Below are positions 25,827 to 44,600 of a stretch of DNA of 64,000 bases, piece by piece. Positions within the stretch are counted from its first letter, which is position 1. Every line of letters begins with the position of its first letter. Origin of the DNA: Klebsormidium nitens (taxonomy: Eukaryota; Plantae; Klebsormidiophyceae); the NCBI GenBank assembly GCA_000708835.1, contig DF237277.1:37949-101948 (forward strand). The letters run 5' to 3'. The notes beneath the pieces were generated by a model. That model saw only the letters and a program-made list of their open reading frames with translations, was not told the DNA's origin and ran no database searches. A program made the translations under genes and the position numbers.

Positions 25827-26279
25827 TGTGACGAAATAATAAGGCTTAGCCGCAAAGGTTGCGGGTCCGGCGCGCGGAGTCGCGCGGCCGCCTAGAATAC
25901 GTCGACGTGTCGTCGGTAGAGATGTCTAAACCCCGAACCCTTGATGTCACGAGGAGTTGAGTAGGACACTCACCGAGCGGCGGTTATAGACTTGAGATAG
26001 ACATGCATGAACTGGAACTGGATCGTCCTCTTTTTCTACTTGTCGGATTTGGGAAGCAAGGCGCTTCGTTCTCTTCTTCTCCGCATGGCTTCCGCCATGC
26101 CTCTGGCCATCTCATGAGGTATCGTCATGGTGCTGAATGCATGAAGTAAGTCTGTGAGCATGATGTATAGAATGGGAGTCATCTAGCTGCGCCGGTGAAT
26201 ACGGCTGATTGTCACTGCCGCCGCCGCCGGCGGAGAGTACCCCTTTCTTTAGCGGAGACCCCAGTTAATTTTCGTCACA
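25827..26279 (+). repeat. 3' LTR (453 bp, TG...CA)
   Basis: Identical to the 5' LTR except 1 substitution and a 9-nt terminal extension TTCGTCACA. Followed by TSD TTGG. Confidence 0.95.
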
Positions 26280-28894
26280 TTGGCGTATAGGGAGCTGATG
26301 CACGCCAGGCTAGCTTTGGCAGGTCGAATGAGCTTTAACAATGGTGCGCGTGTTTCCGAGCAACACATGCACTTGCGTTTCAAAATACGTACCAATCATC
26401 GACATACATCGCAAATGGACACCGCAAAAGTAATGTGCAACATCGAAGCACTTGTACATACAAGCCGCCGAAACCCCTACGGGTTGAGCTAGTTTGCTGG
26501 CATGCTTGATTACTCAAAACTGCCGCTTGATGATCTAATGACTAAGTTCATATTGAGCGATTCATGTCGTATGATGCATATCAAGACCCGCTGTATATCC
26601 TAAGAGCACGCAACCTCCTTTATCCAGCACCGATTGGAGGTCAAGCCAGTGAACCATAAGCACTCCGGTGATCGTTAAAGCTGCAAATCCGGTCTTAAAA
26701 GATAGGTTCCATTGCATCATGTGATGATACAATCCTTGACGAAGAGGTTGTTGAGGAGGTACACGATACAAAAGGCACCTTGTTTGCCGATGTAGCCCTT
26801 GTAACACCTTGGAACAATTATGACGGCAAAAGAAGGCGACCAAGTGCTTATATCTCCCTATCAATGTGGCGGCATGACAACGCCATGGCGCAACTTCTAC
26901 GTAAGTTTGGATACAACGCCTCGAACTTGCTACCTACGTGCTGCAAGTGCAGATCACGGAATCTCCCGCTATACCATTCAAGACCCCTTCTACCATGACC
27001 AGCCTCAACCTTTGACCTAGTGTTTGCAACGAGTTACACTTACTTGTGCAGGAAACTTACCAGACCTTCTCAAAATCCACCGCTGCAATGACATGCCAAC
27101 AAAGTCCACACATGTCAGTTGGAATTGCTTCGTGCTTGCACAGGACCTCATTGGCCGTTAGGCTCTTACTTGGCAGGGATTCGCCTCACTACCTGCAAAT
27201 CAGAAGGTGTTGTGCTTGGATATCACAAAGACGTTTTGAAGCATACAGCGGCTAACAATAGTAGCGACCATTTTGGAATACCTGCTCGGATCCCTAAACA
27301 CAATTCTCAACTCTCAGCTCTCACATCGAGGACTTCCTCTTCTCTTTGCATGCATACACTCTGACGAGCTTTCCAACAGCTGAAAACCAATAACGACACC
27401 TCCCTTATGCGCAAGGCTGGACGGGATGGCCCCACAAAGAGAACCCCGCCATTCGAAGCCTCCAAGAGATCTGCAGTGTAAAACAGACAGGATGGATAGA
27501 AGGCAAGTCAAGTTGCCGGACAGTGCGTCAATGCATCGAGTGGCTCCAAATGCATCGGGTGGCTCCAAATTGGTGTCCAGATAGATACACCCGTCAACAT
27601 ACACTCAGATGATGTCCGCATGACATCTTAAAAGAAGAAGGAGAAAAGGCAGAGCAGGAAAGGCTGAAGAATGACGGGGGAGGTCTACTCAAGCGATGAT
27701 TCCGTTTCGACTGTCTTGTGTCTTGCATCTCTCAACAGGCCTGCTTTCAAAAGTCGTTACGGCGAACAGTGCCATGACCAAGCAAAGAACCCGATCATTG
27801 AGATGGCCACACTTGAAGTCTTGTCTGGTTCACGCAGCGCGCAAATGCTCAACCTTTTGCAGCCAGCACGATCTCAAAGAAATGGCAGCAGCCGTTAGGC
27901 AAAGGATGGAGTTGGGATACAAGTGCCCTCGGGGCATCTGCTGAAGCAGATGTCGGTTGCACCTTCTATATTTTCAATCGCTGTTATCAGCTGAAAGTGC
28001 AGATTCAGTTGGCACATGCAAAACACGCTGCTCACTGCGCTCGACTGGAATGTTACCAGCAAATGACAGCCGGCCCGTGGTGTCCACCAGGTTTCACGTG
28101 CCAGTGAGCACACAGCGTTCGTAGGATGAGGCTAACCACAAGCGCCGCCTCCTGTGACGGACATCAAGCTGCGATGTCAGGTGCCGGGCGTTACATGCGA
28201 GTAGCATCCGTTTCAAATAGTATACCAGATGAGGTTCTAGGTCGAGCAACTGCAGGGTAGAAATAATAAACAGCAGCTACACGTATCGTAGGCAACGGGT
28301 GCAAGCTGCACTTCCTTCATGATCCCTAACCGTATCGCTCGTGGCAAACTTCCCGCTTGACACTCACGCCAGACTTTGCATTCCCTTCGCCGGAGGTGCA
28401 AAATTGGCTTGCAGAAACTCCGTCCATACAGCACTCTCAGGTAAGACGGAGTACTTCCTGAACACAAATTTTAGAGACTCGCTGTTCCCAACAACAGAAG
28501 AGGGCCCTCTCCAAAGAAGAGGGCCCTGATCATCAGGTGGAAAGGACACACAAAACATATGCACAATAGAAAGCAGTTTGTCTTTGGGGGGGCTCAAGCA
28601 TGGAGGGGAAGGGGAGAGCTTATCTTCCGACCAGTGCGACCATAGGAAGAGCCAGACCCAGTCGACCTGATATTCGCCGTATGCAGCCGTGGTTGCGGAG
28701 GGAAGAAAAGGAGGATGTATCAGTCTTTGGACAAAAAATGGTCGGCTTATGTCTCGAGATGCAAGACAGCTAGGCCCCAATACGGTCCCAACTAGTCATT
28801 CCTATTTCGACCGAAACGCAACCTCAAGGGTCCTGAGCCATACATGAGGCAGGAAGCTAGACAAACACTCTAGGTTTCACGTAAAATCCTCCCG

Positions 28895-34158
<5,264 letters not shown>

Positions 34159-34432
34159 CGGGATTCTCTTGCCTCCAGATCTCTGGCACTGCTCCGTCCC
34201 CGCTCTTGTAAACAGCAGGTGCGCTTGCTACTGGACATCCATGGACGAATCTCGGAGTCCAAGTTCTCCTCTTGAAAATTAAATGATCAGGTTTCCGGTC
34301 CGGCCTGCCTGTGGTCACGCGACAACGAGATCGGCGAGCATCTCCCTACTCAAAGTAATTCACAACACATATCATTGGCCCGGTGGTCGCCGCGCCCCCC
34401 GGGAGGGCGGGTGTGGAGAATAGCGGACAAAA

Positions 34433-34700
34433 TTCCTGATCTCAGGAACCTTTCCCGATCTCAGGACCGGCGACACCTGTAGTATGTACCGTACGACTCC
34501 GCCGGTCCCGGACAAAGAATCTGGGCCCTTAGGTTTGCATTGAATCTGCATCGAACGGCTTCGATCGAATTCCGACGATCACCGGGCGGCCGCGTAAAAT
34601 TCGCAAACAATGTAAGAGGGGTTCCCCTACAAGGGAGACCTGAACCCCCGGCGGTGGTTTCCTCAGATCCGGAATGTCCTGAGATCCGGAACCTGAGATC
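34433..34700. promoter_or_regulatory. Divergent PRP4K/ABCF3 intergenic region with inverted GATCTCAGG motif pairs
   Basis: GATCTCAGG at 34438 and 34457; its reverse complement CCTGAGATC at 34678 and 34692; a variant at 34661. Confidence 0.45.
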
Positions 34701-35176
34701 AAGTTCTGTACGCTATTCTCCACACCCTGCCAGTGCTGCTCAGTGCACCCGGACCGTCTCCCTCTCCTGTCTTAGACTCTCTCGTGACCTGGCTTGGCTG
34801 CCCGCCTGTAGACTAGTGGGGCGCCTCATCCGCACACCTGGGTCCCGGCCTAGGGACGTCCCTGGACTTGCTGGAGACGCCCAGCTCTCAAGGTGGTGCC
34901 TGATTCCGAGAGCTTGCAGGACTCAAAATCAAGCTCAACGTGGAGCCATGCAGCCATTGCTGTGAGTTTCTAAGTTTGTGAGGTTGAGCACTTGCGACCT
35001 ACCGGAGCCACCATTCCGTAAGATTGGAAGTGAGTCGCTGGCCACGACCGTACTTGTCACATTTGGGGCTGCAGCACCCTGATAGTCTAGTGCCAGTGAA
35101 ATTTTGGGGGTGGTGGCGCTGACTGCCTGCCCTACTGCATTAATCAGTGATATCCAGCACACCTGCCGCAGCGCAG

Positions 35177-38100
35177 ATGGAAGATGCTTTAAAACAGATT
35201 TTAGGACCCGAGCAGACCGCTGCTCTGGATTCAACCATCCTGGACTACATTGTCCAAGTCTTACAGGTAAGAAACCCTCTTGAAGCGAAGTTGAGAACAC
35301 CCAACGCCAGTGTTTCCATGAGTGACAAGGACTTGAAGGAGTCAATCTAGAGAGTTTTGGTGCCACCGCGGGCGGTCATTTGGTGTGATTGGGAATTTGT
35401 GGAAGGACATATATTTCTACAATGCTGGCACATGTCTCCCTCCTTGAGCTTTCGCTGCAGGCATGTAGAGAGATTTTTAAAGCGTTGAGCATTTCTCAAA
35501 GCTGCCATTGTATGAGCATGCGCCAGAAGTGCTTGAACCTGGCCAAAGCTGCCTGCACAGCTGATCTTAACGAGCTCCTCATGTCCTATGCTTTTCACAG
35601 GATGAAACCTTTGAGTTTGGGCCCGGGGGTGAAGAGGCCTATGAAGCGGTTGGCAGCCTGCTCGTAGAAGGGGGAGGCGTTAAGGATGACCGAGAAGCAC
35701 GTACAGTATGTGGCCAACTAGCGGAGAGGTTTGGAGGCAATGCGCTCAAGGAGACAGAGGTGCGGCAGCTGGCTGCTCCTGTCACGATGGCAATGCCAAA
35801 AGAACTAGAAGGGCACACGTTTGGGGCGGCAAAGGGAGCGGAGGTTGAATTCTCACTGCCGGCGGACATAACGGCACGCGATGAGGCAAAGATGGAGAGG
35901 AGGCGGCGAAAAGAGGACAGGCAAAGACAGGTGCGACCTTCCTAAGATCTTCGTTGAGAGAAACTCGTTTGCGCAGGGCTTGATAATACTTCCTCCAAGC
36001 TACAGCACCTGCAGTGTTGTTGAGAACGCAGAATGGCTGATGAAGTTCGTGGAAGTACCAAGGCTCAGCCCAGTGACTACAATCATGTCGTTCCTGGTCA
36101 GGAAGCCAAGACCAGGTATGCCTGTTGTAAGTGAAGTTGAAAAGGTGGCCTTGCAAGCTGTTCTTAAGTGCTCTGCCGAGAGGCTGATTAAGCTGTATGA
36201 AAGACTGATTGCTATCTCTCCCTGCTTTGTCAGTTGGAGTATGAGGCGCATCAGCGAGAAGCCGAGGAGGCCCTGAAGAGCCTGCCTCCCATGACGGTGT
36301 GGCACAGCTCGGAAACGGAAGGCGGAAGTGGGGGCAGCAGGGATGTGCGGATGGAAAACTTCAGCATAACAGTCGCCGGGAAGGATCTCATCAGCGACGC
36401 CACCGTCATATTGGCCTATGGCAGGCGATATGGTGAGGCTGTCTGCATGCGAGGGGCTGTTGTCACAGTCTGGCGATCAATTCATGACTCCGAATTGGGG
36501 CACTCTGTGCTGATTCTGGTTGATATAGTCAAGGCTGCAGTCAACTCTCCAAATCAGTGTCATCTATCCGCTGAGGATGGTCTCCCAAGAGACCCAGACT
36601 TACGGACCCAGACTTACGGGTCTACTCGTACTTTTCCAGGGCTCGTTGGACGCAACGGGACTGGGAAGACGACGTTCCTAAAGCACATGGCGATGCGAGC
36701 TCTTCCTGGGATCCCCAAGAACTGCCAGATTCTTCATGTCGAGCAGGAGGTCAGTTCTCCCTGTAGTTACTATATTGTTGTCCACACAAACAGTGGCCGG
36801 CCACAATCTCGCGGGAATCCTTCCTGTTTTATCAGCTGATCGTTGGGCACTGCGAAGAATTGGTTGCCCGATGAACTGCTGATAGCCATCAATTGTGCTT
36901 GGTAGACCAAGCAGATGTTGCCGCCGAAACACCATAGAACTTCTCATTCTGGTATGCTCCTTTGCAACTCGCTTTGGCGTCTTTTACAGGTTGCGGGAGG
37001 GACCGACACTGTCCTAGAATGCGTTCTGGCGTGCGATGTCGAGAGGTCGCAGCTGTTGAAGGAAGAGGCAGAGCTGCTGGCAGCACAGAAAAAGGACGAT
37101 CTTCTGGCAGCCACATCCAAAGCGGCTGGCGGCCAACCAAGGTGACCTAACTCGTCAATGGGGGACACGTTCTTAGGCAAAGTCAAGATTCAACAAAGGG
37201 AAAGAAGCTTCGATTTGACGTCGACATCCCCGACGCAGGCTTGAGTTCAACCGATTCGGGGTCAAGGCCTCTGAGGTCGTCTCTGGTACCTAGGCAGGAA
37301 AGAAGATAGGCTTGGCAGAGCGCGGGTCTTCTCTCATTGTTCTACCACCGAAGTTCTACAGACTCATATCAGAGGAGACACTCAACGTGAAAAGAACGTC
37401 CAAAACTTTGTGACCAGAGGAATTTGGTGCAATTTCATTTGTTGAACCGACGAGAACCTGGTTCAGATGGATGCAAGAAGCTTCTGCACAAATAACAGCC
37501 GCTTCCATTGTGTTTGTAACCTTGCTCTCCAGCTGCAGTGACCACAGTAACCTCACTCGACAAACAGTCTGCAGGCTTCGTATATTGCATGTCACTGATA
37601 TACACTCCGCTTACCCTGACGGTACAGGAAGGCTGGCGGACGGGGAAGCGCAGCGCCAGCAGTCCCGGGCAAGGGGATCGAGAAGACGCAGAGTGCTAAG
37701 GATACCGAGACAGCGACGCGGCTAGCGGAGATCTACAAGCGGCTAGAAGCAATTGATGCTTACGCTGCGGAGGCACGAGCAGCGTCGATTCTAGCGGTGA
37801 GGCCCCAACGAACATCTGACGGTGGACGTTTCTTGTTTCTAGTTGCGATCCTACCCGTTGCGGAGCTTCACGAAAACGCACCCGTTCTGCATCGATTTAA
37901 GGTCCTCCTTACCGGGTCCATCGAGCTTTTCTTTTCTTGTGTAAGTGCGCGCTATACGTGGAGAAAAGAAAGGAGCCTACTTGGCACTCGTCCTTGCTTG
38001 GATACCGGGCCCTTTGCTGGATACCGAATGCAAAGAGAATATTGGGAGGGCGTCGAAAACGACACTCGGAACCAGAGTTGTGATCCGCTGGCGTGGATCG

Positions 38101-41100
38101 CAGGGCCTGGGGTTCACCGCCGATATGCAGCAGAAGACGACGAAAGAGTTCTCGGGGGGGTGGAGGATGCGGGTCGCCCTTGCGCGGGCGCTCTTCATTG
38201 AGCCGCAGCTGCTGTTGCTGGATGAGCCCACGGTGAGGGGAACCAGATGGAGCTAGCTTTCTGTCAGCTTTGCGGAGTCGCTGGATTGCAAGATCGTAAG
38301 GCAGCAGTGCTGCCGAGGAGGGACTCTGCGAAAGTCAGAAGCCTGGATCGTAGTCAAACAAAGCGCACATCGCATGTAGCGGTTTGCGTATTAGCCTGTC
38401 ATGTTTGTTAGCATAGCTACGAATGGACAAGGCTTTCTCTCTGTGTGGTCCCTTCCAAAACAGGTTGAAATGATCGATTTGCAACTCCTTCGAACCAGCC
38501 AGGTAATCTGTAGGCAATCTAGCTTTGCATCTTTTGAAACCACATTGATCATACCCTCTTTTTCCACTTAGCCGTGCAGCCTATGTCAGCTGCGCACCGT
38601 TGCTTTTTCTCAAGCATTGCTCGCCTGCGCAGAACCATCTGGACCTGCATGCGGTTTTGTGGCTGGAGGATTACCTCACCAAATGGCCCAAAACTCTGGT
38701 GGTCGTCTCGCACGCTCGGGAGTTCCTCAACACGGTGAGGCGCGGGGAGCCGAACAGGCCTTAAAAAGGTCGAATTGGTCACATTCGAGGGGTTTGTCAT
38801 GTTTCCCGCTTGGCAACAGTCCCGTACATCGTACTCGTGCCACTCGCCGCGCGTCATACCTGAAAGGCCTGATGAAGTTCTCGTCAACCCCTGTGTGTCA
38901 GAGCGGCGCAAGCTGTCAAGGTTCCGCTGCTTGAGATTCAGATAGGCTGATGCCCCAGCACGCGCCAGCATGCGGAACGGACTTTCTAGCAGAGACAGCG
39001 TCGTTCTGCTGCACATATGCTTCGAGCAAGCGCCCAGCCGGCGGATGTTTGTTGTTCTCGTCTTTCAAAGTGGCTTGCGGGTGCCTGACGTCTCCGGGGT
39101 TGGCAGGTGGTGACGGACATCCTGTACCTGCAACACCAGAAGCTGGTGACGTATAAGGGGGACTACGACACGTTCGAGAAGACAAGGGACGAGCGGCTAC
39201 GGAACCAAGTCAAGGTGAGCGGGGCGGGTCAACGTTTCATTCCGAAGGGCACCGATGGCATGTCGTCCTGAATGCTTTTGAACACTTACGACAAGTCTTT
39301 CTCAAATCAAATTGGTCCCGACTTGTGAACCGAGAGGCGAGCTGGGCCCACGCTTCGACAGAACGACCAATCAGCTGGCCTTTTAGCCTTCCCAATACTG
39401 GCAGTGTCCTAACAAGTGAACCGCCCTAGCGAACCTCATGACCTCTTCTTTTCTGCTGTGTTCTTTTTACCTCAGCCGTTTTTGGCAACGAAACACTGCA
39501 TAAAGCGGAGGATCCAGAAAAAGGTCTGTGAACTCAACCAGGTGAGAAGCAGAGGCTTGAGCAGCAGTGCTCGCAGGAGAGTCCACTGCCGCTCCTTGTC
39601 CCGGCCCTCGTTGCCACGCTGACGTCAGCCCGTTCTCTAAGTGCAGGCAAAGGAGGCGAACGAGCGCACGCGGGCGCACATCCAGTCGTTTGTGGACAAG
39701 TTCCGGTACAACGCGAAGCGGGCGTCGCTGGTGCAGTCGCGCATCAAGGCGCTGGAGCGCATCGGGACCGTGGATGACGTCGTCACGGACCCGGATTACG
39801 TCTTCCAATTCCCCACGCCCGAGGACCGGCCGCAGCCGCCCATCATCAGCTTCGTGGACGCGGCCTTCAAGTACCCGGGTGAGACGAGTTGGAAAGGATT
39901 TGGCTTTGTCGGCGGAAGGACCAGCGCTGGAAGAGGCGTCTCTTAAGCTGGTTACGTTAGGCAAGGACGCGTAGATACTCCATCTTACACATGTAAACTG
40001 TTCCACTCCGCCCCTTGGGTGTTGAAAGATATTCACCTTGGATGGGGTCAAGTGCTTGCGTACTTGAAGAGGGTGTTTTTAGGGGGGTGGGCACCGGAGG
40101 CGCGTGGCCTTTACATGCGCCAAACGTAGGTGACAAAGGTCTTCCCTTGGCTTGGAATTGAACTCCATCGTTACAAATACTTGGGGCGTTTTCCGCAGGC
40201 GGGCCGACTTTGTTCAGGAACCTCAACTTCGGCATCGACCTGGACAGCCGGCTGGCCATGGTGGGCCCCAACGGCATCGGCAAGTCGACGCTGCTCAAGC
40301 TCATTTCAGGGGAGCTCGAGCCGACGGAAGGGACGGTGCGAAGATCGGCCAAGGTACGCAGGGGCACCTTTGCGGCCGAGCACATGTTTAACAGGGAAGG
40401 CCTCTGTGGCTGTTGGGCGCACTGAGAGCTGGCGGGTCGAATGTCAGCCCTGTCTGCTTTCGTTTTGTGTTCAGCAGAGTGGAATCGATGCTGCAGCAGT
40501 TGCGTCAGCAATTCACGGTTCCGTGGTCCATTTTATTAATGTTCTCAGGGCATTGTGTTTCTTTGTAAACATTGGTTGTCGCCAACCTGCTTACGAACGG
40601 GCCTCACGTAGAATCTCATAGATTGAAGGATTGGTTCCTCGCCAAGTGCAATTGCTTATCTCAGCTTTGCCCGGCTTGGCTTTTGGCAGGTGCGCATGGC
40701 GTCGTTCAGCCAGCACCACGTGGACGGCCTGGATTTGGCGTCGACTCCGCTCGGGTATTTGATGAAGCAGTTCCCGGGGGTGCCGGACCAGCGCCTGCGG
40801 GCGCACCTCGGAAGTTTCGGCATCACGGGGCCGCTCGCGCTGCAAACCATGTACACGCTCTCAGGTGAAAACACGTGGCACAGGGCTCGCGTGCTCCGCT
40901 TGCGGCGGATGCAGGTACGAGGAGGAAGATGGCGAGCACCTCAGTATTGAGCATTTGAACGTATCGGCGTCGAGATCGTAAGATTCTGATATGAGTTGAT
41001 TAGGGGAGGCCGTCTGACTAATAGGCTGTATTGCGACGGCACTGTCTACGATGGAGCGATGAGCATATTCTTGTTTTCCGTTGCACTGTGCAGGGGGCCA

Positions 41101-41659
41101 GAAGAGTCGGGTAGCCTTTGCGAAGATCACCTTCTCCAGGCCGCATATCTTGCTCCTCGACGAACCGTCCAACCATCTCGTGAGTGTCGGCCTTCCATGG
41201 CCCCCCACCTCTTCTCTTCTGTCGCCGCTCAATCCTGCTGAGAAAAGCTTGAAGGCTGGCTGACCTCTGCTGAACTGGTTTAGGTTTCTACGAATTGAGA
41301 CATATAGCCAAGTAATCTAAGTTGCCTTCTTTACGATCGTTGAATACAGTCACGTTTGAAACGCCAGTGCGTTCGCCGCTGTAAGCGCGTGGTAGCTTGT
41401 GGGCAAATCATCTGCCGAGCTTCTTGTTCTCATGCACCTTCTGTCCGTGTAGGATCTCGATGCGGTGGAAGCTCTGATTGCGGGGCTTGCGCTGTTCCAA
41501 GGGGGCGTCCTCATGGTCAGTCACGACCAGCACCTGATCTCAGGCAGCGTGGACGAGCTGTGGGTTGTGCACGATGGGACGGCAACCCCGTTCCACGGCA
41601 CCTTCGAGGAGTATAAACGGACGCTCGTAGATAAGCTGTTCTCAAAGAACAAAAAGTGA
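35177..41659 (+). CDS. ABCF3: ABC-F family ATPase, GCN20/ABCF3-like
   Basis: N-terminal [16 protein letters not shown]1: [48 protein letters not shown]. Linker: [31 protein letters not shown]2: [42 protein letters not shown]. No transmembrane domains. Stop at 41657-59. Confidence 0.95.
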
Positions 41660-44600
41660 GGTAACTCGCAATGTTTCGAGGGGACGGAGGATGCTGTTTG
41701 TAACGCCATGAGCTTTTGTGGGCTGAAAGCTCGCAATAACGTTTTTGAAGCACAAATGGGCACGCCTATTTTTTGTACTGCATTGCAATATTGTTCGACC
41801 TGGGCCGCCACGGGCTGCGGGGTCAGGAAGTTCTGACGTGAACTATCGTCCCGGCACTTGCTTCGAATGCATGTCTAAGCTGTGGCAACGGTGTAGCTAC
41901 CGGCGTCAGTGCGTGACAGGCCGTGCACGACATGATGCCATCCGAAGGCCTGTAGACCGATAACAACGTGTACACTCAAGGTGGCAGCGCGAGATGGTGA
42001 CCATGCAAGGACATTTGGTTTCGCACGAAATTCATGCAATAACTACGAATGCGTGCATGAACTTTCAATACAAATCATTTCCAGACGACGAAACCTATAG
42101 TGAGGTCGGAAGGGTCCGATCTGCTTTGAAGCCGTCCAAAGTCTAAACTTGAATGGCACACCTCTCACTGCATTGCATGGCTGTCCTCCTGATCAAGCGC
42201 AGAGTCACGTACTGAAACAGCCCATGGACGCCTCCGGTATAGACCCGGCATGAACACTTGTTTACGATATCCAGACTGAGCGCGAATTGCGCAGACCGCG
42301 CGTTTCCAATGCATGGGATTTTAGGGCTACGCCCGGGGGTGCACCGGCCTCGGACCCTGGGGCTCCCAGGTCAAGCCGGCTGTTTGTCAAAAGTCTGTTT
42401 TCACAGCTTATGCTTCCCGGACCTTAGCTATTTAGCTGCTTATGCAGTGGATCATGCGGTCGGTAGCTAGGACCTGTTGGAATAAAGTCAATTTCCAGCC
42501 ACTTGATGACCGTTCTATGCGCCAGTTTTGTAGAGGCCTTGTGGAACACCACTCTTCATGCTTCCTGCGCTGCCAATAGGGCAGCTCTTGGTTTCCAAAA
42601 CTTAAGAATATATTAGATGATCGAAGATAAAAGTCACAGAACTTTTTGTGCAAATGGGGCACAGTTTGGCCAAATGAACCTGTTAATTCTCACACAGATC
42701 AAAGTGGTTATGAAGCTCGCAGCCCGGGGCCCATTTTGCGATGTGCGCCCCAGCGTGCGCCCCTGATTTTGCCCCGGGGCGCAGGGAATCTCCTTGGGGC
42801 GCTATGCGCCCCAAAGTGCGTTCCGTCAGACACGCGTATGTAAGGTACTACCTAAATTCTAATACTCCAAGCTTAGAACAGTGACGTCAGCAGCTTGCAC
42901 TACTAGGTACCTAATAACGGACCGCACACCGCAGAGTGCACTCACGTGCACGCTGCCGAGTCCAGACTCCAGACTCCAAACTCCAGTTTACGTCACAAGC
43001 CTTACAGGATTCAACTTGAAAGGCCAATGATTAGCTTGTCCCATCTGATTCCCACAGGCTAGTAACTACCTAATTCTTGGGCGGCCGCTGCGCACTGCGC
43101 AGGTGGGGGGCGGGGGCGCGCGGACGGTGCCAATCCCCGATTCTTCCGGTGTCATGTTGCCGGGTTAGACCTCAAAACAACATCCGTGCTCCAAGCTCAA
43201 CCAAAAAAGTAAACCCATAGTTAACAAGCTCTACAAATCTGACACTCCTTGAGCGCCGAGGGTCGCGCGAGCGCTCGGTGCATTATGCAGCACTTACTAG
43301 TCGTAGGTACATGATGCAGATTGCACTTTCAAGTTTAGCCCGGTAACACTGAACTCTGTACCAGCACTCCATCACCGTGCTTGCTTTAGGTGCAATCCCA
43401 GGAATCTAGGGACCAGGATAGCTACGGTATTACCTAGGTAGCTATGCATGCCACAGCTCGTGAAAGGTGAGCACATAGGAATGAGTGGGGCCCGTAGGCC
43501 CTCAGTTTCTAGGGCGCATTGGCTTTTACTAGCAAAAGTAGGGCTACTAGGGGACGGCAACTTCAGTACCCGTAACAGAATAGTTAGCTCTCAATCACTA
43601 CCCTTAACAAATTACAATGCGATTCCTGCAGATATTGGAAGGTCCTTGCAGTCCCTTAGGAAGCCGTAGATATCTGGCATTCTGCTGCTCGCATGCCCAT
43701 CTTTCGAACTGGCTTGGATTCACTTCCAGTTGGCAAGTCTTGCTTGATTCTAGTCAGGCTGGCCGTGACCCGCTTGAAAGTAAGCGCCGCGGGGGTGCCT
43801 CAGCTCTGCCTCAGTCGCTTCCGAAGGAAAACAGACGTAGAGAGATTGTAGGACGCATCTGCAGCCAAGTATTAATGTACTTGTGAAGTTCGTATTCCAA
43901 CGCTGGAGCTGCAGCAGAACAAAAAGAGATCAAGGCAAGCTTTTGGGCCCTTGGCAAATCTGTCAAGCAATAACCAGGACAGAATCAGCAGCCGCAATTA
44001 TGTTGGCGGGGGGGCTATACGACACGCTCCTCATGATGCTGAAGCGGTGGTTAGCCCCATCATGTTTGTGGAAGCAGCCCTCTCAAGATGACTTGACGTG
44101 AGTGCTTTGCATTTGCCTTGCCTTTGGTCTTTGCGTTCTTGTATCAGATTCTGATGTGGCAGGCCTGTCCATTCATGTGGCCATGATGCTGAGAGCAGCG
44201 GTGGTCTGGTGGTGATGTTCACCAGGATTCAAAAGCGGTACAAGAGCTTGTGTAACACTATAAATCTGGACACGAATTAAGAGCGGCCGTTTGAAGAGCG
44301 GCGCCGGTCTTGAATAGTGTCCGCTTTCACACCGGCGGCGCTCTTAAAACAGCATCGCTTTAAGGGCGCCGTTGCTCTAAATGCACATGATTGAAATAAG
44401 GACGATTTTGGCTGAAATGTCCGGTTTTCCAGTACGAAACATACTGAAAACCCGCAAATTAAGAGCGCTAGGAATCTTAAACCGGAATCAGACGGGGTCA
44501 AGTGTGATTAAGTGCGCTACGTTGTCCTACCTAGCGGAATTTTCTATCTACTGTTGGGTGCGTCTACGTTGAGCTCTCATGCTTCTTACGACCCTGATCA

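Larger units (their letters stand above)
20056..26279 (+). mobile_element. Non-autonomous Ty3/gypsy-derived LTR retrotransposon
   Basis: 445-bp direct repeats 20056-20500 and 25827-26271 with 1 mismatch (20271 A vs 26042 G). Termini TGTGACGAAA...TTTCGTCACA (10-bp inverted). 4-bp TSD TTGG (20052-55 and 26280-83). PBS, PPT and an integrase remnant with GPY/F are present. Confidence 0.95.

Noticed and set aside
26560-28240. Short ORF fragments right of the LTR element
   Set aside because: Frequent stops and no recognisable motif or splice pattern. It may be a decayed repeat, but I cannot support a call.
42536-42550. Minus-strand GVPQG (LINE RT-like motif)
   Set aside because: The following residues do not fit GS.L.P.LF, a stop follows within 7 codons, and no other RT motif is nearby.
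43448-43669. LRR-like phrase NAIPADIGRSLQSL
   Set aside because: A single occurrence with no repeat periodicity; it spans a likely splice-acceptor-like sequence.
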